Shown here piece by piece: positions 50,396 to 61,269 of a stretch of DNA of 64,000 bases. The DNA is from Puccinia triticina. Taxonomy: Eukaryota. The notes below the pieces were generated by a model, which searched no databases, was not told the origin of the DNA, and saw nothing but the letters and a program-made list of their open reading frames with translations. The stretch lies in assembly GCA_026914245.1 (NCBI GenBank), contig CP110439.1:5952001-6016000 (forward strand), read 5' to 3'. Numbering within the stretch: the first letter of the stretch is position 1; every line of letters starts with the position of its first letter. The translations under genes were made by a program, and so were the position numbers.

Positions 50396-53300
50396 TTACT
50401 CTGTGCTATCATCTTCTTCATCTTCCTCCTCCTCTTCAGTCTCTTCTTCCTCAGGTTCTCCCTGACTCTCCACCTCCTCTTCTTGTGCCTCCTCTTGTTC
50501 CTCCTGTGTTAATTCTTCTCCTTCTTCTTCTTGAGACTCTCCCCGCGGGTAGAACCGTTTCACGTGATTTGCCGCAAATGTCCTGGTAAGAATTGTTCCA
50601 TCCAATTCAGCTAGCACATAGGGTCCATTCTTTATCTGCTTAACTATTCTATATGGTCCGTTCCATTTATGTCTGAACAAATTTCCCCATTGTGTTTCCA
50701 GGGCTTTGTTGTACACAAGCACCCAGTCACCTGGCTTGAGGGGCTTCCTTAATCGATGTGCTAGTCTCCTGTCCCAATAACGAACCGATGTTTCCTGGGC
50801 TTTCTTCATCCTCTGATGAGCTTCCTCCATCATGTCTTCCTTGGCCGCCAACTGTTTTGCCCTTGCTTCCAATAATTCCGCTGTTGTCTGAATTTCCGAC
50901 CAATTTACTGTGAGAAAGCTTCCTAGCTCCTGATCCACTGGCAAGACAGCCAGTTGACCAAACTGAAGCTCATAAGGTGAATATCCTGTTGTCCTCTTTG
51001 TTGAAATCCTATCTGCAAATGTCACCAATGGTAAATACTCCTTCCATTTCTTTCCATCTTCTCCGCACATCTTGGTCAAAGCATCTTTGATTTCTTTGTG
51101 CCCTCTTTCTACCATTCCTTGTGCTTCTGGGTAATACGGTGTCACCATCCGGAGATTTGTTCCAACTCGCCGCATTGCTTTTTGAAGTTCTTTCTTGAAT
51201 TCTGCCCCTCCGTCCACTGTAACTTCCTTAGGCACGCCATATCGATAAATCCATTCCGCCAGAAACCAGTCCGCCACGTTCTTTGAGCTCAACTTTGCCA
51301 GTGCCACTGTCTCCACCCATCCTGAGAAATCATCCCTTGCCACCACTAAATATTTCCACTTACCTGCTTTGACATGAACTGCATCCATACTAACCCTCTC
51401 AAACAATGTTGTCTTGTATGTTGCCTTTCCGTCCTCCTTCTGCAATATTCGACTCCTCTTCTGACAACTCTCACATGACTGAACCCACTTCTTGATGATC
51501 TTCTTCATTCCTTCCCACCAGTACCGCAATTTGATTCTTCAATAGGTTTCTGTTGCTCCACGATGACCTAACTCCTCATGCATTGCCTTCATTATCTTCT
51601 GTTGAGTCAACGGAACAGATACAATTACCTGACTGTATGGTACATTTCTCTTCCTTAGTTGTCCGTCCTGTAAAAAATAGTTAGCTGATCTCCTTTTAAT
51701 TTTCTGGAACTCTGTGTCTGAAAAATCTGTTGGCCGCATAAGTGTCTCCAGATAATCTCTCATTCGTTTCCAGAATCCAACTTGCTGTACTCCTGCTCCC
51801 GTAACTTGAGTTTCCACGATTCCAACTGATTTTACTCCCATTCCGGGGTGAGGTTTCACCCAGCCGTCTTCCTCGTCCGCGTCCCTTGCCACGTCGTCCT
51901 TATCCAATGGTCGTCTTGATAACCCATCCGGCATTGTAAATGTCTTTCCGGGCTTATGTACCAATTCAAAAGAAAAGAGCTGAATAAACGCCACCCATCG
52001 TGTCATTGGCGCACTTGGCAAACTGGGGGTATTAATCATCTGTATGAGGGCTTTTGCGTCTACCTGTAATTCGAAATGTTGTCCCCACAATAATATCTGC
52101 AGTTTCTTCAGGATCTTCTTAACTCCCAGGAGCTCCAGCTTTGACTGTGCATATTCTGATTCCTTGTCCGTGAAACTTACTGATTCATACAACACTGGCC
52201 TATCTAATCCATCCTTATCTTCCTGCATGAGCACTGCGCCTGCCGCTAAATAACTTGAGTCTATTGCCAGTTTGATCTTCCCTGCGTCCTCTCCGTAGTC
52301 AAATCCTTTTAATACAATCTCCTCCCCTACAATCCGCTTCAGTGATTTAAATGCTTCTTCACATTCCTGTGTCCAAATAAATTCTGTATCTATTCGTGTC
52401 AGCCGCCGTAATGGTGCTGCTATTGCTGAGAAATCCTTGATGAACATCCTGACGTAAACACACAAGCCTAAAAATTGCCTGACATCCTTCTTTGATGTAA
52501 GTGGAGGCCAAGTCTGAACCTTGTTTTGTTTCTTTACTGATATAGTCCTCCCCTCCTATGATACCACATGACCTACAATATCCAAAGCCGGAACACAACA
52601 GGCAAACTTCTCTCCTGATATTGTGAGCCCTGCTTCCTCAATCCGAAATAAAATCCTTTCCAATGTGATTGCATATTCCCAAATGAATTGTCGAATATTT
52701 GGATTCTCATCCAATGTAGCGCCACCATAGTCTGACTTAGGTCCCTTAATTCCGCCATCATCAATAAATATTCCTACATGTTCTGCCAGTTCCTCTTGAA
52801 GTATCCACGTCATCTGCGCCTGATATACCGCCACTGAGTTTGTTGCACCCTGAGGTAATCTAGTTAGTTGTAACCGCCCCAAGGGTGTTTCAAAAGTCAT
52901 AAGAGGTCTTGAAGCTGGATCCAGTTCTCGTTCGTCGTAACCGCCCATGATGTCGCCCAATCCGTAACAAGCTCTCCCTGCAAAAGAATCCACAAATTCT
53001 TCTATTTTTGGAGGTAATCCTGCATCTTTAATAGTGACTTTATTCAGCTGCTGCAAATCATGTACAATCCGTAACTTACCATTTGATTTTGCCACACAAA
53101 AAACCGGACTAGAATAGCTGGAAGTTGATTGCTCGTAGAGTCCTGTTTGAATCCTCTTCCTTACCAACTCAATAAAATCGTTTCTTATTGCATTTGGGAT
53201 GGGGATTGGCCGCTGTTGCCAAGGTTCATGATTGATCACCGGTATTTTGTAAGGTTGTCCGTATTCATGTCTAAGTATTCCCCGTTCTTCTTCCGTAAAA

Positions 53301-53601
53301 GCAATAGCCTTCTCCCGCAACACAATCACATACTTCAACAATTTTAACTCCTCTTTTCTCAACCAATTGGGAGGTCCAAAGTTTACTGCTTCTAACCTCT
53401 TCGCTGTAACTCTTCTTGTTTCTCTAAACTCTGGTGGAAATGGCGTGAGAGGTGTCTGATAAGGATCCCGAGATAACTTTGGTCTTTCCAATGGCGGGTT
53501 AAGTCCTTGCGGCATAGGCTGATTTACCGGTCAAATCTTCTTTGCAACCCCCTTGTACTTTGCTGCACAAACTATGTTGTCCATCCTGTCTAAAATTTCT
53601 G
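50396..53601 (-). pseudogene. Gypsy pol (RT, RNase H, integrase with GPY motif and acidic tail), one frame with three stops
   Basis: The three ORFs share a frame, with stops at 53531-53533 (TGA), 52556-52558 (TAG) and 51539-51541 (TGA). IFIDDGG, DSSYLAAGAVL, HEELGH..CESC, SMDAVH, VDGGAEF. No chromodomain. Confidence 0.95.
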
Positions 53602-54636
53602 CTGAAATTATCAATTTAACTGGTCAGTAACTGGTTCTGCTGCTGTAAAAGTAACGGTTAGTTATGGCTGTTGGAGTTAATTTTGTTCACTTGAGCGCAT
53701 AGTCTTTCTTAAATTCTGTTGTTCTTATTCATGAGTTAGTTTGGTTTGAATTTGCCCACCCCTGCCCTCAGCTAACAAACTTAATTGCTGCCTACACACA
53801 AATGTATAATTTTAATTTTATTTCAATTTTTACTCAGCTTTATTTATTTATTTCTCTCTCTTTCCAATCTCATTCTTCTCCTGATTTTGTTAACCAGGAA
53901 AAATAGAATAACTTACCAGCTAGAACGCGCAAAACAAAAAAAGTTTCCTTGTTGATTTTCTCGCCATGTAGCCACAACACCATGGGTGCGGTCCCTTATG
54001 TTAGAATCTACTGCGCTTTGCTCGCGCTCGCGCGGGTCGGAGTGCTACAAGGTCGTCCCCAAGTCGTAGAGACCTTCCTAAAATCCGCTCCGCGCTCCGT
54101 AACTTGCCAATAAAACAGCTCGATCCGATCCGTCCTTGCGCGCCTCTGCACCCCGATATCGGTTTGAGTGAATAGAAACCTTATTCCCTTCATATAAACA
54201 CATACGTCGATCCCCTGAACAGCGGCAGACCTTGGCTCTTATCCATGCGGCCGCTACTCTCTACCTCCATTCCGCCAACCAGATCTAATGAAGCAGTTCA
54301 AGCTCTTCACCTTCGCGGCAGAAGAAGGTGAGTGACCTTAATTGCGAAGACCATTTTCAATAGGCTGACAACGCTTGGTACAGCGCCGTCAGCTACGCTG
54401 CCATATCCAGATGTTTCTCTCAGTTTTGCCGATTGGGTTTGCACAAAAATTTTTGGGATCAAGGTGCGTCCCCAGTTCCTCCCTCCCTCCTTCGTTCCCT
54501 CTCCAGTTTTCACTACCAACAAAGAGATTAGAGCACCATCTTACAGCCAATTCTACTGTTTTCTGGCTTTATTTTTGAGACTAATATTGCTTTCTGTCTC
54601 GACTTGTTAGAGAAATACCATACCACCTTGTTTAGA

Positions 54637-55636
54637 ATGTCTTCTCACGAGTCCACCGGCGTTGTTGTTGTCCCAGAGGCCCCGCGCGATACTGCTTCCT
54701 CTCCTGTGACTGAAAGGGTACGCCCTTGCTCAAGCTATCTCCTCAATACCTGCCTCCTAACATAGTACACCCCCCCCATCTCATTTTAGGCCCCAACGAC
54801 GGCGCGTCCGTTGTTTATCGAACCTCTTGAAGAAGAAGGTACTCCAGATGAGGCACCTCCTCCCTATATTGCTACTGCTCGCTTCTCCACCGCCGCTGGC
54901 GGCTATCTTCAGAACGCTCGTGCTCCTGCGTTCACGGTCGGGTCTCCTCCTATACTTGCAAACCTTCGCACGCCCTCGCCAATCCACTCACCTCGATGGG
55001 CACAAGCTGCTCCGTTTGTCCTTCGATCGCCTCCACCTGCCCTTCGTCATCGCTGGGCTCCAGAGTCTCCAACTCCCGTCGGCCCAGAGCGCCCAAATCG
55101 TCGCCAACGCTATTCCCCACTTTCCCCTCCTCCGACGTCTTCGTCGCCTCCAACTGAAATGCCTCCTACCCCTCCATCTCCTCCTGACATGCCGCCGACC
55201 CCTCGTCCTCGAGCCGCACAGATTGCTGAAGTGTACACTGATGGACACTTCAGCTCTGCTTTCCTAGCCGCGCAGTTCTACAATCTTCTAGTGTCTCTTC
55301 GGGCCATGTTGGCCAGATTTCCCGCCAATCACCCCAACGCTAATCACCATAACCTTCTCCGCTTAGACGCCGACTTGCTTGAAGGTTGGTTCATTGCCCA
55401 TAGCGCTAATTTGTGAGCATTACTTCCTACTCTTCTCCTCCCATCCACACTCCTAACTATCAACTGATACAAGCACAGTCCCGAACGCTCCTTCTTCCCA
55501 TAGGTTGGTGTTACTCGACGACCCCAATTGCCAAGCGCAATTAGTGTTTCGCACCCTTTGCGCAGCTATCCTTCGCTTCAACTACATAAATACTCGTACC
55601 GTTCCTGGCTATGACCCTACCAACCCTCAACTCTGA
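54637..55636 (+). CDS. Antisense three-exon gene inside the gypsy, Pro-rich N-terminal half and helical C-terminus, unknown function
   Basis: Exons 54637-54717, 54790-55412 and 55504-55636 join in frame via GTACGC..CTAAC..TTAG and GTGAGC..CTAAC..ATAG introns with no internal stop. TATA-like CATATAAA near 54191. Confidence 0.72.
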
Positions 55637-56155
55637 CCATTCTCCCTTCCTCTTTTCATCCAAGGCCACTGATATTTCAGCCCGACTCCCAAGACCTCCT
55701 CTTATCTAAAAAATACAAAAACAAAGCTGCTCCCTACCTGTCCTGTTAGCTTCTAAATATAAAAAAAAGAAAAAAGGTCTCTTTCCAATCTTGTTAGCCT
55801 TAAAAACAAACATGTCTCCTTCCAATCCTGTCAGCTCTGGAAATAAAATATTGTGTCCGCTTCCCATCTTGGTAGCTCTAGAAACATTCCACTCCTGTTA
55901 GCTCTACACATAAAGACAAAGGGTCTCCTTCCTATTCTGTTAGCTTTATACTTCTGATAGGAATAAAATAAAAATAAGACAAACCTGACCCCTCCTGAGA
56001 GTAATGAGCCCTAAATGGCAGGGGAAAACTGAAACCTGAAAAAACACATGACCAATCCCCGCAAGGTGGAGTGCCAAGAAGATTGAAGCTATCAAGTAAA
56101 TTTCTTCCAGAATCTATCCTATATACACCAATCCGTAATCTGCTATGTGTGGGGG

Positions 56156-59100
56156 CTATTCTGCAATTGCAGAATACTCCCAATCTGCCCAGAAGGTTCT
56201 GAAGTCCATACCAAGTTGATCTTGTTCGTCCCGTAGCGCCCATTTGAATAGATCCCAGCTGAATCTCCCAAACAACAGCACCATCTTTGCGCATACACGT
56301 CTCAAGAACTCCTCCTCCTCCCCCCTCCGATCGTGCAAATCATACCGCATCTCCAGTTCTGCCGTATCAATAATTCCTCGAGTGCTGCCAACGTACATTC
56401 CAAACCGTTCCGTAGATGCAATCCACCAGATTTCCGGCCAAATGGTGTCATTTTGAAGATATCCCATGGTCCCGTCGTAATTTAGCAACATCATAAATCC
56501 TATTCGTCCAACGGGGTGCCCAGGGAGCTCTTTCCAAACCCCTTCAGTTGTGCAACCATAATTTTCTGGATAAATGCGCAGGAATTCTTTTACTGGATAC
56601 CCCTCATCAATATAATCAGCACTTATTGGAAACAGCTTTGGTTCTGGAGCAGTATGAGTGCCCATCCACAACGGTAGTTGTTCCCACTCTGTATGCCAAT
56701 CTTTCCTCATTTCAGACGAAGGATGTGACTGCCATTCTTGCTCTAAAGGCACCTGCTTGGTTTTATGGAGATGAGGTGTGTCTGAAGAATGATCTTGTAT
56801 TCCCCTTTCCTCATCATCTTTACCTGTTTCCTTCAACACAAATCCCGTACAATTTGACAGAGTATCTGAAGGAGTGTTCAATGGCCCATATACAGGTCTA
56901 CTCTCTTCTGTGAACCCTGTGCTGTTATATAATTCGTTATTTGAGCCGGCATCTGTTCCAGTATCCATCCCGCTGGCTGTTCCACCGTCCGTTCCTTCAT
57001 TGCAACCCATATCCGCTCTACTATTTGACCCGCTATCCGTACCACTATCCTCTCCGCTGCTTGACCCCCTATCTGTACCAATATCCGCCCCGCTGCCCGC
57101 TCCATCCGTTGCTGTCTCCTTAAGCTGATATTCACTCACCTGAATGCTATGGGAACACTTACTGGCAATCCTTCGAGGGGGTGCCATTTCCCATCCTGGA
57201 ACTTCTGGAGCGCATATTGGTATACATAACCTTTCTCCATCCCATAGCTCGTAACTCAAAATTTCTCCTCGTGCTTTGGACAACTCCAGGCGTACTTTGT
57301 GATCCGCCAAAAATGGTCTTCCCAACACTGTATATACCTTCCCTCTCACAATAAAAAAATTGGCTGCTTTGTTGTCCTCTGCGTCTATATGGAATGGGAT
57401 GGCCTCTGCTAATCCCACGATGGGTGAAGAGTGGCCACCAATACCCGTAATATTCATACTGATTTCCCTAGTAGGTAATTGCAATTGCAGAGCCACAGTT
57501 TCCGGCATGATGTTCAGTTCTGCGCCACTATCAACTAACGCCTTGATCTTTTGTCCGTTAATAGTTATATTCACAAATCCCAATGGGCATGCATATGTCA
57601 GCGGTGCTATGGTATTCAGTGGTTGGCCACTACAATCAAATTCTTCCTCAAAGTTGGTTCGGTTACATATTCCGGAGTTTTGTTGACGATCTGCCATCTT
57701 GACCTCAGCCAAAGGTAAATTATGTAAGTCTTGAAGGAATTTTGGTGCAATAAGCAGGAGTTCTTCCAGGGTGAGTGTGAAGCTTTGTTTCAATATCTTC
57801 TTTCTCAGCCCCCCCCCAACTTTGGCTCTGTCCACTGTTGTCTCCGATGACTCCTTTGCTGACTCCTCTGTATTCTTCCTTTTGTCGTCCTTTGCAGGTA
57901 CCCGCTCCCGTTCCTGAATCTCCTTGCCTTCACTGCTTCCGTCATCAGATGTTCCTTCCACCCATGCTCCCGGATAGCTTGATCTCCTCTTCTTTGTCAC
58001 CGGGGGTTTCTTGTTGGCCTCTTGGTTGGGTACTGGTGCATTATGTGTGCTCTCCTTAGGCTTCTCCACCTTATCTGGTTTAGATTGCACTGGCTGACTG
58101 TCTTTTTCCTTCTCCTTATCCGCATGTCTCGGAGATCGCCGTAAGCCAAATCCAACCTGGATCTCCTCGTCTTCCTCCCCGTAGTGCATCTCCGGTGGAC
58201 TCCACATCTCCCATCGGTTAGTCAAAATCATGGTTGCTGTTGGCTCATGCGATTTCTCCACTCCTGTGTTTCCTGCCGCCCTATTAGCTCGTATTTCCGC
58301 TCCTTCCCTGCTTAACTCAACCCGCTCCGCATACCTCCGTACCAGTTCACGAATAGAGTCGCCTGTGTCAGACGGAATTGGTTCCCTGTTTGGATAATAG
58401 TAATTTGGTCCTGACTTGTAAACGGCCCGCTTAGTGATGTCTTTGTTTAGATGGGAGCAAAACATTGCTGTGTGATCCATCTCCTTGCAGTAATAACACT
58501 GGATCTGGGTTCTTTGGTAAGGTGGTTCTCCGGGTCCTGGCGGTCTAAATCCTGCTGCTGGTGGTCTTGTTCCTGCTAAATGAGGCGGAAAGGGTCTAGA
58601 ATTTGGGTTAGTATTCAAGTTAGTATTTAAGTCAGTACGTAATTTCTTAATTTCTTCTTCTAATGCCTTTACCTTGTCAGACCCCGCATCTGCTTTGGGT
58701 TTGGACTGAACTTTGTTCTTGGCTTCTGGTTCCTTGCTGAAACTCTTACCCTTTGATGTTCCAACTTCCATATCCAATACGGACAGTGACGCCTCCACGT
58801 ATTCCTTCAATTGCTCCAACTTAGGTACTAACGCCTTGCCATCCTTTGTCTTCCGTAGTTTCTTGTTATACGCCAAATCCTTCGCCACGTCTCGCCGTAT
58901 CTCAAGTGAAATTGCCCTCCAAAGTGGGTCGCCACTTTCTGCACTCAAGTCCTTGTAGCCCATCTTCTTCAAGTATGCAAGGATCTCCTCGAGTTCGCCC
59001 ACAAATTTACGATACTCTTCCTTCGTCTGAATGCCACCTTTGCTAGCATGTTTGTCCACCAATGTTGGAATTGACTCCTCATTGAATCTCCTTTTTGGTG

Positions 59101-60019
59101 TAGCCCGACCCCATTTACGAATAAGCTCCTTCTTCAGCATCTCCCAGTCTCGATTTTCATGGCCTTCCATGCTCTCAATACATTCACTGATCTTCTGGTC
59201 TTTGATGAGAAACGGCAATTGTAATGCCACATCCTGTCCTCCAGCCTTCTGTACTCGAGCTATCTTCTCCACTCTCTTAATAAACAGTTCTACTTCTGTT
59301 CCATCAAAGTGTAAGTTCATCTTCTTTGTGTCCAGAACATTCCCTGTCTCCTCATCCTTTAGCGTAATTTCCGCTTGTGATCGACACTGACTGGAGTCTG
59401 GCGTCGTCTGAGCTAAATTCAACAAGCTATCTGTAATGCCGTGAATGGTTGTGTCCAAGCCAACTGTTGGTGCTGTGAATGGAGTTGAGGTTGCAAATCG
59501 GAGGGATGGTCCTTGTTGGACCGGAGTCTCAGGTATTGGTATGCTCTGCGGTTATTTCTTCTGTCCTAACAGTGCTGCCATCATCTCCCTCATTTCCTTC
59601 ATTGCATCCTTTATTTCTGATATCTCCGCTTGCTGGTGTTGGATGATTGCTGACTGATCTTCAATAGGTGGATCCATGTTGACTACTGAGCTTGAGTTGG
59701 ATTGTGTTCTCTGTTCCCCAATGTTAGGGAAATGCTTCCGAAAGACCTCCTGTATCACTTCTCTTTCCCGCAACCGACGTTCCTTATCCTCGACGTCAAA
59801 AATCCTATCCTCGTCGTCCAAAATCCTATCCTTGCCAATCAAAATCCTATCCTTGTCGTCTGTGATCCTATCCCTGTTGGCCAAAATCCTATCCTTGTCG
59901 TCCAAAATCCTATCCTCGTCGTCCAAAATCCTATCCTCGTCGTCCAAAATCCTAGCCTCTTTGTTCAAAATCCTATCCACTCCGTCCCGTCTATGATCCA
60001 CGCCGCCACTCTTTTCCAC
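56156..60019 (-). CDS. Gypsy gag-protease with C-terminal extension; one in-frame TAA at 59552-59554
   Basis: ORFs 59552-60019 and 56156-59458 are in the same frame with 31 sense codons between them. CYYCKEMDHTAMFC knuckle, ALVDSGAELN protease, N-terminal 21-bp RILDDED repeat. Confidence 0.9.
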
Positions 60020-60089
60020 GATTGGTTGAATTTACTGATGATCTGCTTGAATTGATTGATGACTTGATGATCTTGCTGAAGGAAATGGG

Positions 60090-60106
60090 CCACTGTTGGG
60101 ACACCA
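60090..60106 (-). other. Primer-binding site
   Basis: TGGTGTCCCAACAGTGG begins 2 nt inside the 5' LTR. Cognate tRNA not assigned. Confidence 0.8.
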
Positions 60107-60108
60107 GA

Positions 60109-61269
60109 TGTAGGACTCGTGTGGGACACTAAATATAATTTGGTGAAATATCCGCTGAGGGGGAAATAAATTGCTTAATAGGTTGAAAGGCTATTACAAC
60201 TTACGGGTGGTTTGAAAGACCTGCCCCTCTAATAATACTATGCAAATATCTAAGAGTCTTGTAATCAATATTTATAAAGATATGGCTGATTCCAAGATAG
60301 ATCTTACTTTCATATAGTAATCTCTATCAGACCTAGATCACTTGATTCAACAGGCTAGCAAATCTGCTATAACTTCTTTGCTCGCAGGCAATATACTTAC
60401 TTTGTGATACTCGTACTACACGTTACTAATATGCTGTTTAACTCGCACTTGTTGTTGTGTTATGCTGGGTTCTACTACTGCCAAAAAAAAAAAAAAACAC
60501 TAATACTACTACTAAACTTCTACGCTACTTTTACTAACCACTAATACCGCTAATAACCGCACTGCTGACTAAACTACCGTATGTGACCAAACCTTCCTAG
60601 GCTGATGGGGAAAAGTCTGGTGAGGGGGGAAAGGGCCTCCTTATATATTGAAGGGTGAGGGATTTTTGCTCCAGGGAAGCTCCTCATGAGGGATTATTGC
60701 TGCAGGGGATCTCAACTACACAGCCTCTCATGCATGTACTGCGCTGCATGTGCAAACAACGAGGGGTTTATGCTGCAGGAGACACTCAACTACACAGCAT
60801 CTGCATGCGTGTGCTGCACTGCCTTACAAACAATGAGGGATTTATGCTGCAGGAGACGCCTCCTATACATCTTATCTACCTGCATATGATGTGCTTCATG
60901 TACAAACAATGAGGGATTTATGCTGCGGGAGGCACTTCCTGTACAGCTTATCTACCTGCATATGCTTCACTATGCGTACAAACAATGAGGGATATATGCT
61001 GCATGAGGCGCTTGAGCTACACAGCACTTTCATGCATGTACTGCGCTGCATGATGTCATGTGTTGCTATGCAACCAAGCCATCTTCCATCCTCTTCCACA
61101 CACTCTGCATCCACTGTCCAACCTGTTCCATTCCCAATGTTGAGGGTCAAGGCCTCTCCTCCCATCTTGCTCCTTCTTCCCTACTTCCCCCGCACTGTAT
61201 TACACACTCCCTCTACTATAATACCTCTGCAATGGGCTTTTGGCATTGTCACGCATATGGAACACCACA
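60109..61269 (-). repeat. 5' LTR (1161 bp)
   Basis: Direct repeat of 48407-49566, with a TATA-like AATATATAA on the minus strand near 60641-60649. Confidence 0.97.

Larger units (their letters stand above)
48407..61269 (-). mobile_element. Full-length 12.9-kb Ty3/gypsy LTR retrotransposon
   Basis: TG...CA LTRs at 48407-49566 and 60109-61269, 4-bp TSD ACAT (48403-48406, 61270-61273), PBS, PPT, gag-PR and RT-RH-IN. Confidence 0.97.
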
